Shown here one piece after another: positions 12,401-21,593 of a stretch of 64,000 bases of DNA. A program made the translations under genes and the position numbers. The notes beneath the pieces were generated by a model. It saw nothing but the letters and a program-made list of their open reading frames with translations. It ran no database searches and was not told the DNA's origin. The DNA comes from an uncultured Bacilli bacterium (GTDB lineage Bacteria; Bacillota_I; Bacilli_A; RF39; UBA660), in the NCBI GenBank assembly GCA_944350315.1, contig CALVON010000001.1, positions 10,033 through 74,032 on the forward strand, in the 5' to 3' direction. How positions within the stretch are numbered: the stretch's first letter is position 1; every line of letters starts with the position of its first letter.

Positions 12401-15212
12401 ACCCATTAGCAACTAAACCTCGACGATCATATACAGCATTAACCGTATAACCAACAACTGTTCCCGAATCATTAAGTTCATCAAAAAGATTTGCAGAAAG
12501 TCCATTAGTTATTTCATTTACAATAATAATAGGCTCTTCAACATTATCAAGAAGTAAAGACTCAAGAATATTATAAACCATTACATTATTCTCAATTTTT
12601 ACCTCATTCGTTTCTTCTAAATCATAATAAGCTCTTATCATGATTGTATATTCTGGGCTTAACTTTCCATCTTCACCTAAACTCTTTAAGGTATCAATAT
12701 CTAACCCAAAAGTTCCATCAGTAGTAATTGTATAATAATTATCATAAAACATTTCTTTTAAATTAACTGTCTCACTACTTGTAAATACAACAGGCGCTAT
12801 TAATGGATCCTGAGATTTAACATCATCTAAATGATTTCCCTCATATAAACTAATTACTACTTTTTTAATTGCTGCCACTGACTCTTCTGGTGATAAACTA
12901 CCGATATTATTTTTTGATGCCTCCAATTTCACTCTTTGATTAACTACATGATTTGCACTACTTAAAAGTTTATCTTCAGCCGGATAAATAGCCATAAAAC
13001 TAGACAATGTTTTTGTAGAAATATTTCTCTTTGAATCATCTGTATGCATAATTTCTACTCTTTGTTGATCCGCATCATCATTTAAAATAGCACTTACTTC
13101 AATCGTATATTGTGTTCCTTCTTGAAGACCATCAACAAATAAGTCATATTTAATCTCATCATTTACAATTTCAAAATCAGCCACAAAAGATTTAACAATA
13201 ACCTCTCCATTTACAGAATTTTTCTTAATAGTAATTACTGTACTACTATTTTCACTAGCACAACCTTCTCTATTTGGCATACTAACCAAACAACTATTAT
13301 CTGTTAAATAAATTGTCGCTCCTATAGTATTATAGCTTATTAATTCTTCTCTAGGAACAACCGTAACATAAGGGTCACTACCCATTACAAAATTAATTCT
13401 ATCACTTGTTGTATATTCAACATACTTTTCATTATCATAGTATTCAATAACAACTTTATAAAAATAATTTGTATCATTTTTTAATTCATTTTCTCCATTA
13501 CCTACTTTAATTTCTATTGGAGATGCATTCGTCTTAGTAATAGGATTTATTACTAACTTATCTGGATTATCATTTTCATAAACCAAATAAGTATAACTTG
13601 TAATTGCATTATCTGGATCTATTATATTTCCAAGAGATAATTTAAAACTTCCAGAAGCTAAATCTTTATTCGCTTCCATATCACTAAAACTAGGTGTTTT
13701 CTTTAAAGTCATTGAAGTAAGCGTTATATTGTAAACATCTTTAAAATTAGAAGATTCTACAGAAAATTCATCTAAAACAGCTGTATAAATTGTATTACTA
13801 TCTAATCCATCAAATACAATCTCACCATTTTTATCTATATCACTAAGCCATACTACCTTCTCTATATATTTAATTTCACCAGTTGCTCCATCTACATAAC
13901 TAGTCTTAACCACTTCGTTTTGATGAGTTTCTTCATTAAATTTATACAAAGACAATTTTGCATTAGTTATATCTGTTTCTTCATCAACATTAATTTTATA
14001 TCCTATCTCACTATCAGTAGCATACGTTCTTTCTAAACTTATACCAAAATCATTTGTCTCAAATATCTTCTGAAAATATTTTCCATCATCTTTCTCATTA
14101 ATCACCGTAAACAAATATCTCGTTTTAGGAGATAACAAATTAACGTTTATTTCTACATCTTGTAATACTTGAGCTGTCATGTCTACTGTTCTTCCTGTGT
14201 CCATATTAGTAACTTTTAACATAAATCTATCATCTTGTGTATTATTCATAATATCAAAAATTACTGAAACACTAGTACTACTAACAGTAGCTTTTTTTAA
14301 AGAAATAATAATGTCTTCAACATCATCTGGATTAATGCCCTCTCCAGAACCAGTTCCACTACCGTCACCATCTTCTAAATCACCATTGCCATTTTGATCA
14401 TCGCCTGGTGTCTGTACATTACCACCTGTTTCATCATCATTAGGCTTATTATCATCATCTTTATCATCAATAGGAATTATTTCGACATTCTCATTACCAT
14501 CGATAGTTATCTCTGTAATAGACATCACATCCTCATCATTTAAACTAATCTTCTTATCCCCTAAATCGATAATCAAATTATTAACATAAAATAATGTTTC
14601 ATCTGCTGCAACTTGATATTTAACATCCTTATTTTCTATATTGACAATTCCATCTTCAACATATACTATTTCAAAATAATCTCCCTCAATTAAAGATTCA
14701 TTACCAGGAATTTTAGCTTTAACATTACCAACAATAATATATTTATTATCACTAATTCTTCCCATAAAGTTATTAAGTTTAATATCGTTTTTACTACTTT
14801 CTATAACATAACTATCGCCATCTTTATCGATAATTGACTTATTAGTAATATTATAAAAAATAACTGTTCCACTACCCGTCACTGAATCAAGATCAAGTAT
14901 AGCCCCGTTTTTCAGAAATGATAAAGATCCATCCATATAATGAATAAAACTATCCTTAAGAACTGATACTTCATTATTATCAACATCAGTAAACTCAATC
15001 ATAGAAGATAAATTAGTCTTATAACTTGTACTTCCTTCAAAAAAATATTTTTCAACTTTCTCACTAAGAGGATTAAGTACATATCCGCTTTTAACAAAAG
15101 CATCATCACTATCATCAAATAAATATAATGCTCCAAATACTAATAAAATTAAAATAATTAGACTTAAAGATAAAATAAATAAAAACTTTCCATTAAACAT
15201 TTTTTTCATCAT
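9480..15212 (-). CDS. Giant (about 1,910 aa) N-terminally anchored surface protein with many FN3/Ig-like repeats
   Basis: TM FLFILSLSLIILILLVFGALYL and an acidic/Gly linker (DDKDDDNKPNDDETGG...GDGSGTGSGEG). At least 8 recurrences of the FN3 F-strand-like signature [DNKG]T.Y.[FILY].[VI]: KTRYLFTVI, NTIYTAVL, DTNYFYKVVI, GTQYTIEV, DTYQLYY, KYYFNVYAY, KNYYIFIYA, DTKYSIMVY. No LPXTG or C-terminal TM. The ATG at 15212 lies 6 nt after GAGG; the ORF track starts at the GTG inside the RBS. Confidence 0.8.
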   Translation of the reverse strand: MMKKMFNGKFLFILSLSLIILILLVFGALYLFDDSDDAFVKSGYVLNPLSEKVEKYFFEGSTSYKTNLSSMIEFTDVDNNEVSVLKDSFIHYMDGSLSFLKNGAILDLDSVTGSGTVIFYNITNKSIIDKDGDSYVIESSKNDIKLNNFMGRISDNKYIIVGNVKAKIPGNESLIEGDYFEIVYVEDGIVNIENKDVKYQVAADETLFYVNNLIIDLGDKKISLNDEDVMSITEITIDGNENVEIIPIDDKDDDNKPNDDETGGNVQTPGDDQNGNGDLEDGDGSGTGSGEGINPDDVEDIIISLKKATVSSTSVSVIFDIMNNTQDDRFMLKVTNMDTGRTVDMTAQVLQDVEINVNLLSPKTRYLFTVINEKDDGKYFQKIFETNDFGISLERTYATDSEIGYKINVDEETDITNAKLSLYKFNEETHQNEVVKTSYVDGATGEIKYIEKVVWLSDIDKNGEIVFDGLDSNTIYTAVLDEFSVESSNFKDVYNITLTSMTLKKTPSFSDMEANKDLASGSFKLSLGNIIDPDNAITSYTYLVYENDNPDKLVINPITKTNASPIEIKVGNGENELKNDTNYFYKVVIEYYDNEKYVEYTTSDRINFVMGSDPYVTVVPREELISYNTIGATIYLTDNSCLVSMPNREGCASENSSTVITIKKNSVNGEVIVKSFVADFEIVNDEIKYDLFVDGLQEGTQYTIEVSAILNDDADQQRVEIMHTDDSKRNISTKTLSSFMAIYPAEDKLLSSANHVVNQRVKLEASKNNIGSLSPEESVAAIKKVVISLYEGNHLDDVKSQDPLIAPVVFTSSETVNLKEMFYDNYYTITTDGTFGLDIDTLKSLGEDGKLSPEYTIMIRAYYDLEETNEVKIENNVMVYNILESLLLDNVEEPIIIVNEITNGLSANLFDELNDSGTVVGYTVNAVYDRRGLVANGLMPQKINIYVYDKNFNKVKFYIKNDSDELVLVDKISESISDLEIGNYLTEVYMDYGIEYGTTSLTMVRGNSYYVGYEIEVSSDSGSSLYPSSNNADSPSDYGVYKKTDYTTKETPKVGMYIAKSDANSITYRYVITDPDNALYRESSDVDYGFYYKVNGGIEQKLSISSTGNKEYSGDIIVSGLNNNDTYQLYYKKNIKNTGVIDDDVVNYLDGKDEGVVLFDGFYDANDEIYNFEYEIINNPLTDNKVTIKLLASEEILNRVVSYRVKFKDSLGNELNKELWQLSKCAASDNEARCFSVDYIDLKNAGMQSSVDKTNIISVTIEALYDNGLTGYDYTVGDGKDYQYMIMQNNNTSEYGKYISFDKNGKISLWSEELNVTKGYYTYSFNNAERTSLFYKSMMNNNNYNNINNIGLSSLGYNSSYGILNPKMISVDTMKCDNNTFSFSSITPKVSVSQRTSLINGSVMALSISGLDLNDIKNEDGEYYLYIDVWKNENDALNHDVSSIVRPRVKIKVDVDNPNKTYEAVIDGVASVTSSEKYYFNVYAYLYKNGKYEFTQLFDESVRDSYETKTYSFGTKNGESLYTNREVTYQVDDTIYGNRILNTKINLTRYQNNYPYNFDVMYMICEDNTCTKDSGYIFKKEILDGDVSSTIVSQEDITKYDLEYNKNYYIFIYAVASLYEKDVNGDYVEGRQYVNLIPSKDRIFKLTALREPSFVVTRKAGYEDGKYFIDFTINVNDLDRTIVNGKYFVKLVNSSGDIVGTLQEVSSDGTYVDIEEYENYEFDALVVNKKIRITDLDADTKYSIMVYSDAYVNNYSQDIPKEDRTYEVSRSHSIYTTDSYGVTFGHDISYVITDNSYIVLFRSGTNFDNVVNVNYSISLDDEFNGGLIVSGTDTIGDKNKFEFNDESGYGMYVITRNDGIKNTEGMYYLITLSFDVKDPNDPEKLVNLTAAYNPSFTASVAYVKDMENNN

Positions 15213-15249
15213 ACACACCTCTTATATCTTACTACACTATACTATGAAA

Positions 15250-15278
15250 ATTATATCATTTACGAAATATTATGTCAA
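15250..15278 (-). promoter_or_regulatory. Consensus sigma-A promoter (TTGACA-17-TATAAT) for the giant-protein/ATPase array
   Basis: The minus strand reads TTGACA (15278..15273), a 17-nt spacer, then TATAAT (15255..15250), about 35 nt upstream of the start codon. Confidence 0.6.
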
Positions 15279-15306
15279 TGAAAAAAGAGACATTTAAAGT
15301 CCCTTA

Positions 15307-16452
15307 TTAATTATATAATCCAAGATATACTAAGAAAGCAAAATAAAGTATAAATAGCATAATATTACTAAAATTATATTTTTTATTCTCAATAGTGCCA
15401 AGCATATTAGCCGTAAGCATTCCTGCAAATAATCCACCAACATGTCCCCACATATCTATTCCAGGAATAAAAAATCCAATAATTAAATTATAAATAACAA
15501 TTGGTACTATTTGACTTTTAATAATTGCTCCAACATATCCACGATAAGTATACCCAAAATATATAAGTGCACCAAATAAACCAAATATAGCTCCACTTGC
15601 TCCAACCGATATTACATTTTGATTAAGCCCTATTGATAATAAACCACCGCATATACCACTAAATAGATATATAATGATATATTTCCATTTACCAAAAAAG
15701 TCTTCAACCTTGGTTCCAACTATATATAAAGAATACATATTAAGAAATATATGAATAAATCCCGCATGTAAAAACATGTAAGTAATTAATCTAAAAATTT
15801 CACCACTTCGAACAAGTAAAGAAGAATTAGCTCCAAAATAAAGTAAACTATTAAGATCAAAGCCCATTCCTGATACAAAAAACATAATAACACAAATAGT
15901 GATAATTATTTCAGTTATTATTGGTTTTTTTGAAGAAAAAATCTTTTCCATTTTCTTATTCTTCCTTTCATTAGTACTGTTAATATCATCTGTTATCTTA
16001 AACAAAAGCTCCATTCCCTTTTCATCATGATTAGTTTTTTCAACAATATCTGGAAATATTTTTAAAATTGTTGGATTCTTTTTAACATCAGCAATACTTT
16101 TAATAAAAACAGATAAATTATTTGTATTACTCTCTTCTAAAGTAGAAACATTATCCCCAAGATTAGTATATATACTAAGCATATTCATTTTAAAAGATAA
16201 AGTCTTCATCTTAAGTTTTTTAGCTATTTGATTAGATCTAAATCTATTGAACTTAAGTTGCTCATTATTATGAATATATCTAGAAACAATTCTGACTAAT
16301 TTATATTCACTATTCATATTCTCTAACCATACTTCATCATTAATTCCATGAACAATTACCGGATTATAATTTTTCTCTGTTATAAAGTAATGAATTAAAT
16401 TCATCATCATTACTTCTTTATTATCTATTACAATTTGTTTCAAAACCATCAC
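15307..16452 (-). CDS. Rhomboid family intramembrane serine protease (GluP-like, with N-terminal cytoplasmic domain)
   Basis: FLHAGFIHIFLNM, GASGAIFGLFGA (GxSG) and GHVGGLFAG motifs in a 6-7 TM C-terminal half. Confidence 0.85.
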   Translation of the reverse strand: MMVLKQIVIDNKEVMMMNLIHYFITEKNYNPVIVHGINDEVWLENMNSEYKLVRIVSRYIHNNEQLKFNRFRSNQIAKKLKMKTLSFKMNMLSIYTNLGDNVSTLEESNTNNLSVFIKSIADVKKNPTILKIFPDIVEKTNHDEKGMELLFKITDDINSTNERKNKKMEKIFSSKKPIITEIIITICVIMFFVSGMGFDLNSLLYFGANSSLLVRSGEIFRLITYMFLHAGFIHIFLNMYSLYIVGTKVEDFFGKWKYIIIYLFSGICGGLLSIGLNQNVISVGASGAIFGLFGALIYFGYTYRGYVGAIIKSQIVPIVIYNLIIGFFIPGIDMWGHVGGLFAGMLTANMLGTIENKKYNFSNIMLFILYFAFLVYLGLYN

Positions 16453-16454
16453 CT

Positions 16455-17408
16455 CTAATTATCTTTATACATTTCTTCAATCTCTTTAAATATATCTGGA
16501 ACATCTACCCTAAAATCCATTTTTTCTTTTGTAACTGGATGTACAAAGCCAATCTCTTTAGCATGAAGCATCTGTCCAAAAGCTCTATATCTATCAAAAT
16601 CTTCCTTATTATTAGTATGACCCTTTATAAAAGACTCATCACTTTTACAATAACCATACACTAAATCATTTATCACAGGATGCTTAATATATGCCATATG
16701 AACTCTAATTTGATGTGTTCTCCCTGTCTCCAATTTACACTCAATTAAAGTAGCATTAGAATATCTTTTAAGAACTCTAAAATGGGTTATTGCATTCTTA
16801 GAATTATCTCCAGTTACGCACATCTTCTTTCTATCCTTACTATCTCTTCCAATTGGGGCGTCAATAGTAGCACTATCTTCTTTAATAACTCCAGATACTA
16901 AAGCTACATATTTTCTGATAACACTTTTTTCACTAATTTGCTTAGCTAAATCATTATGAACCATATCATTTTTAGCTACCAATAAAAGTCCTGATGTATC
17001 AGCATCTATTCTATGAACAATTCCTGGTCTAATACTACCATTTATTGAAGATAGATTATTATTACAGTGATATATCAACGCATTAACCAAAGTTTTACTA
17101 TGATTTCCATTTCCTGGATGAACAACCATTCCAGATGGCTTATTGACAACAAGTAAATAATCATCTTCATACAAAATATCTAATGGTATACATTCTCCTT
17201 CAACCTTATAATCTTCTTCACTAAACACATCACTAATCGTAATCACATCATCTTGTTTAACTAAATAACTTGCCTTTACTTCCTTACCATTTACAAATAT
17301 TTTCTTATTATCAATTAATTTTTTTATTTTACTTCTACTCATATTGCACTTATCAATTAAATACTTATCTATTCTAATACCGTCATCTATTACCTTTAAT
17401 TCAGTCAT
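16455..17408 (-). CDS. rluD: RluD-family 23S rRNA pseudouridine synthase (S4 domain plus catalytic domain)
   Basis: HRIDADTSGLLLVAK and GRTHQIRVHM motifs. The ATG at 17408 overlaps the lspA stop (ATGA), so I prefer it to the ORF-track start at 17423. Confidence 0.85.
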   Translation of the reverse strand: MTELKVIDDGIRIDKYLIDKCNMSRSKIKKLIDNKKIFVNGKEVKASYLVKQDDVITISDVFSEEDYKVEGECIPLDILYEDDYLLVVNKPSGMVVHPGNGNHSKTLVNALIYHCNNNLSSINGSIRPGIVHRIDADTSGLLLVAKNDMVHNDLAKQISEKSVIRKYVALVSGVIKEDSATIDAPIGRDSKDRKKMCVTGDNSKNAITHFRVLKRYSNATLIECKLETGRTHQIRVHMAYIKHPVINDLVYGYCKSDESFIKGHTNNKEDFDRYRAFGQMLHAKEIGFVHPVTKEKMDFRVDVPDIFKEIEEMYKDN

Positions 17409-17857
17409 TTTTTTACCCACCATGTCCCAATAAGTAACAACACTACTCCTGAAACTATAAAAGTATCAGCTAAATTAAATATAGGATAATTCCAATCAAA
17501 AATATTTAAATCAATAAAATCAATAACATATCCGCAAAAAATTCTATTAAAGAAATTTCCTAAAGCTCCCCCCAAAATTAACGAATAAGATAATTTCTCA
17601 AAAAATTTTAAAGAATTACTTTTATATATATAATAAATAAGCGCAATTATAATTAAAAGTGATACAAATATTATAAAAAAAGTATTTGAAGCAAAAATAC
17701 TCCAAGCAGCTCCTGTATTTTTCACATATGTCAATTTAAATAAATTATCTATAACTACTATACTTTGATTAAAAATCATAAATTCACTAACTAAATACTT
17801 ACTAACTATATCTAATAACAAAAACAATAAAGTAAAACCAATTATCAATTTAAACAC
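17405..17857 (-). CDS. lspA: Lipoprotein signal peptidase II
   Basis: NTGAAWS, GGALGNFFNR, VIDFID and FNLAD motifs in a 4-TM, 150-aa protein. Confidence 0.85.
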   Translation of the reverse strand: MFKLIIGFTLLFLLLDIVSKYLVSEFMIFNQSIVVIDNLFKLTYVKNTGAAWSIFASNTFFIIFVSLLIIIALIYYIYKSNSLKFFEKLSYSLILGGALGNFFNRIFCGYVIDFIDLNIFDWNYPIFNLADTFIVSGVVLLLIGTWWVKK

Positions 17858-18324
17858 CCCTCTGGTAAATTACTAATTACACCACTTGACTTAAGACAAT
17901 CAAAATCATCTTTTTCTATTTTATAGTAATATACGTAATCTTCATCACGATATACTGACACTTTTGCAGACACATCACATGTTACATCCTCATTATTAGG
18001 ATTTACCAAATCACTAACCGTCATTGGCTTATATGTAGAATTTATAACATCATCAAATGTAATATCATTTGCCTTATAAATTTTTACCCCTAATTTATGA
18101 GTCTTATCAATAGAACAAACTTCTTCATTGTATGATAATTTCTTAGCATCACTATCTAAATATATCTTCATGGCATCTTTAATACTATCTATAAAAACAT
18201 CCTCTGTTTTACCTTTAGCATTTTCTAAATTAAATATTCCACTGGCTAACACAATACCCATAACTATTGCTAAAATAACCAAGGTTGCCAACAACTCAAC
18301 TAATGTAAAACCTTTTTTATTCAT
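17845..18324 (-). CDS. Type IV pilin / pseudopilin-like protein (prepilin-type N-terminus)
   Basis: MNKKGFTLVELLATLVILAIVMGIV shows the G|FTLVE cleavage/methylation motif with Glu+5. AGGTGA RBS before the ATG at 18324. The ORF-track N-terminal extension is unsupported. Confidence 0.7.
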   Translation of the reverse strand: MNKKGFTLVELLATLVILAIVMGIVLASGIFNLENAKGKTEDVFIDSIKDAMKIYLDSDAKKLSYNEEVCSIDKTHKLGVKIYKANDITFDDVINSTYKPMTVSDLVNPNNEDVTCDVSAKVSVYRDEDYVYYYKIEKDDFDCLKSSGVISNLPEGCLN

Positions 18325-18461
18325 TTCATCACCTGTCAATAAAATTATACCATTTTTTATTATAATTATCAAATATTTTATTAAAACCGGATATATTATA
18401 GCCCTCACTAGACAAATTATCTATTTTAAGATAAAATAACTATTAAAGAAGGGATAATTAT

Positions 18462-19322
18462 ATGAATATAAGTAATGATTGGAAAGACTATGAATGCCTA
18501 GCCACTGGAGACAAAGAAAAATTAGAAAGATGGGGTAATATAATTTTAAATCGACCAGATCCCCAAATAATATGGGATAAACAAAATTTAAGTCTTTGGA
18601 ACAAATGTGATGCTCATTATCACCGTTCAAATCAAGGCGGTGGATACTGGGAATTTAACAAAAAATTACCCGAATATTGGACAATAAATTATAAAAATTT
18701 AACTTTCAAAGTATCTCCTACCAATTTTAAACATACTGGTATCTTTCCAGAGCAAGCAACAAATTGGAATTATATTATCGATAAACTATCTAGCTCAAAT
18801 AATCAAGAATTACGAGTACTAAATTTATTTGCATATACTGGATGTGCTACCATGGCAGCGGCTAGTACTAAAGCAGCAGAAATTGTTCATGTTGATTCAT
18901 CTAAAGGTATGATTGAATGGGCTAAAGAAAATATGAAATTATGTCACTTAGAACAAAAAAAGATTAGATTCATTCAAGATGATGTTATTAAATTCTTAGA
19001 CCGTGAAATAAGAAGAGGCAGAACATATCATGCTATTATAATGGATCCCCCTAGTTATGGAAGAGGTCCAAACAAAGAAATTTGGCGTTTTGAAGACAAT
19101 ATTCAAGAATTATTAGCAAAAGTCAAAAAAATCCTAGATCCTAAATTTGAATTTTTATTAATTAGTGTCTACACTACAGGAACTTCCCCAACATCATTAA
19201 AAAATATATTGACGCTTACATTTCCAAACTATAATATTGAAACCGGAGAAATCGGCTTACCAGTAAGTGAAAATAACCTAACTCTACCTTGTGGAATTTA
19301 TGGAAAAGTATCAAGACATTAA
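18462..19322 (+). CDS. Class I SAM-dependent (rRNA large-subunit RlmI/RlmK-like) methyltransferase
   Basis: VLNLFAYTGCATMAAA (SAM motif I) and IIMDPPSYGRG (motif IV). Confidence 0.7.
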   Translation: MNISNDWKDYECLATGDKEKLERWGNIILNRPDPQIIWDKQNLSLWNKCDAHYHRSNQGGGYWEFNKKLPEYWTINYKNLTFKVSPTNFKHTGIFPEQATNWNYIIDKLSSSNNQELRVLNLFAYTGCATMAAASTKAAEIVHVDSSKGMIEWAKENMKLCHLEQKKIRFIQDDVIKFLDREIRRGRTYHAIIMDPPSYGRGPNKEIWRFEDNIQELLAKVKKILDPKFEFLLISVYTTGTSPTSLKNILTLTFPNYNIETGEIGLPVSENNLTLPCGIYGKVSRH

Positions 19323-19974
19323 TATTCTTTATGAAGATAATCACTTACTCGTAGTAATCAAGCCAAAAAATATTCCCGTTTGTCTAGATAATTCAAATGA
19401 TTTAGATCTTTTAACTATATTAAAAAAATATTTAAAGGAAAAATATCATAAAAAAGGAAATGTATATTTAGGACTAGTACATCGTTTAGATAGACCAGTC
19501 TCAGGAATTATGGTTTTTGCAAAAACTAGCAAAGCTGCTCAAAGACTATCCAATCAAATTAACAACAAACAATTTAATAAAATCTACCATGCTGTTGTTC
19601 AAAACAAATTAGCCAAAAAAGCAACTCTTAAAGACTATCTAATTAAAGATGATAAAACAAATACATCTTATGTAACTACCAAAGAAAAAGGAAAACTCTC
19701 TACTCTTACATATGAAGTTATATCAACTGTAAATAATTTAAATCTTGTTAAAATAAACTTACACACTGGTCGCTCACATCAAATAAGAGTCCAATTTTCT
19801 TCTAGAAATAATCCTTTATATGGTGATCATCGTTATAATAAAAAAATAAAAAAAGATGATAAAACAGATATCGCCCTAATTGCTAGTGGACTTTCTTTCT
19901 ATCATCCAATAACTAAAGAATTATTAGACTTTAATATTGAATTACCAAAAAAATATCCTTGGAACATCTTCTAA
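19300..19974 (+). CDS. RluA-family pseudouridine synthase
   Basis: HRLDRPVSGIMVFAKT and GRSHQIRVQF motifs. The ATG at 19300 is preferred to the GTG at 19291. Confidence 0.8.
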   Translation: MEKYQDINILYEDNHLLVVIKPKNIPVCLDNSNDLDLLTILKKYLKEKYHKKGNVYLGLVHRLDRPVSGIMVFAKTSKAAQRLSNQINNKQFNKIYHAVVQNKLAKKATLKDYLIKDDKTNTSYVTTKEKGKLSTLTYEVISTVNNLNLVKINLHTGRSHQIRVQFSSRNNPLYGDHRYNKKIKKDDKTDIALIASGLSFYHPITKELLDFNIELPKKYPWNIF

Positions 19975-19984
19975 AGATATTTTT

Positions 19985-20272
19985 TTATTTTATTTTTAGT
20001 TCAACAATTGTACATCCATCATTAAAATTATCAACTTTATAACTAACAACCATTTTATTTATCTTCAAAGCTTCATGAACCGCATTTTTAACTATTCCTA
20101 ATCCCTTTCCATGAACAATTACAATATTTTTATTTCCTAACATTACATTTTCCAAAACAAAATCATTAGTCATTACCCTTGCACTTTCTCTATCATAACC
20201 ATGCAAATCTATTTTAGGATAACTATTTATATATAAATCATTCATCTTATCACCAATATCATTATATCTCAT
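19985..20272 (-). CDS. Smr (MutS2 C-terminal-like) domain protein
   Basis: IDLHGY....A........L......IVIVHGKGLGIVKNAVHEAL pattern. Confidence 0.65.
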   Translation of the reverse strand: MRYNDIGDKMNDLYINSYPKIDLHGYDRESARVMTNDFVLENVMLGNKNIVIVHGKGLGIVKNAVHEALKINKMVVSYKVDNFNDGCTIVELKIK

Positions 20273-20282
20273 TTTTAATACA

Positions 20283-21488
20283 TTATAAAGATAAAGTTAT
20301 AACACACTCAGTTCCTTTATTTTTAACCGAATTATAATTAATTGTTCCTCCATGAGCAACAACGATCTCATTAGATAAGGCAACCCCCAGCCCTGTACCA
20401 TTTTTTTTAGTAGTCCAAAACATCTCTTTAATATTTTTTAACTCTTCATCTTCCATACCTACACCATTATCACAAATCGTTACAATAACTTGCTTATCAT
20501 TAACCAACATATCCAAATCAATTACTCCATCATCATTAATTGCCTCTACACTATTCTTAATAATATTTATAAAAACTTGTTTTAAACGTTCATAATCTCC
20601 CCAAACATATAATTCCTCATATTTATTATTATAATTAAATTTAATATTTCTATCAGCCAATAATACTTTAAAAGAATCATATAACTCATCTAATAAAACA
20701 ACCATATCAAAAATTTCTTTATTAACTTTTATCTTGCTATATTCCATAAAATCATTCATTATATTTAAGCTTCTATCAATTTCTGTTTTAACAATATTAA
20801 CATATCTTCTTGCTTTATCAGTATCATCCAAATCAATCATATCTAAATATCCCTTACAAACAGCCAATGGATTCTTAATTTCATGAGTTAATTTAAACAA
20901 AGAATTTTTTAATTTATTTTCTTCTTTTATCTTAATCATATCAGAATATAAATTAGTTATACTATCAGCTAATTTAAATAAATAAACGCAAAAAAAAGTT
21001 ATTGAATATATAATCACTGTATACAAAAATAATTGATAAATTTTTTCAATTCCTACTTCATAATTCATAAAATATTCAAAAGAAATAAAAAAGCCTTGAA
21101 TAACAGCACTTATTTTTAAAAACAAATAATCAAAATCATTTCTCTTTAATAAAAACAAATAAGTTAATAAATAACAAAAATGTTTACAAATGATTATATA
21201 AATATTTAAATCATATTTTAAATAACAAAAAATAATAGTAATAATTGATAATATTATTCCAAGCATCGTTTCTTTTTTTATATAACATATAAGTATTGGA
21301 ATATTGCAAAAAAGTAATAATCCCTTATAATCAAAATCATTTTTTAAACTTAAATACAAAGAAGTAAACATTGTTATAATAAATGCAACTTTTTTTACTT
21401 TTTTATTAGATAAAACATTATAGCAACTAAAAACTAAATACATAAGAATTGGTACAATTACCAAAGTTATACTGATTAACATCTCCAT
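20283..21488 (-). CDS. Orphan membrane sensor histidine kinase (candidate sporulation-type kinase)
   Basis: About 6 N-terminal TMs, H-box THEIKNPLAV, N-box INIIKNSVEA, G-boxes DNGVGM and GTGLGVALS. No response regulator is adjacent. Confidence 0.8.
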   Translation of the reverse strand: MEMLISITLVIVPILMYLVFSCYNVLSNKKVKKVAFIITMFTSLYLSLKNDFDYKGLLLFCNIPILICYIKKETMLGIILSIITIIFCYLKYDLNIYIIICKHFCYLLTYLFLLKRNDFDYLFLKISAVIQGFFISFEYFMNYEVGIEKIYQLFLYTVIIYSITFFCVYLFKLADSITNLYSDMIKIKEENKLKNSLFKLTHEIKNPLAVCKGYLDMIDLDDTDKARRYVNIVKTEIDRSLNIMNDFMEYSKIKVNKEIFDMVVLLDELYDSFKVLLADRNIKFNYNNKYEELYVWGDYERLKQVFINIIKNSVEAINDDGVIDLDMLVNDKQVIVTICDNGVGMEDEELKNIKEMFWTTKKNGTGLGVALSNEIVVAHGGTINYNSVKNKGTECVITLSL

Positions 21489-21520
21489 ATTATCACCAAC
21501 TATATTATAAACACAACATC

Positions 21521-21567
21521 ATGTCATATTTTGTCGAATTATGTCAAATTCAATTTATTTTGTCGAA
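21521..21567. promoter_or_regulatory. Cluster of Spo0A-box-like heptamers (TGTCGAA) upstream of the kinase gene
   Basis: Three tandem 10-mers (aTGTCATAtt, tTGTCGAAtt, aTGTCAAAtt) span 21521-21550. A second perfect TGTCGAA lies at 21561-21567. Confidence 0.4.
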
Positions 21568-21571
21568 AAAA

Positions 21572-21593
21572 GTAGTTGCCATCAAACAACTAC
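21572..21593 (-). terminator. Rho-independent terminator of the EIIB-like gene
   Basis: The minus strand reads GTAGTTG-TTTGATGG-CAACTAC followed by TTTTTT. It overlaps the stop codon. Confidence 0.6.
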
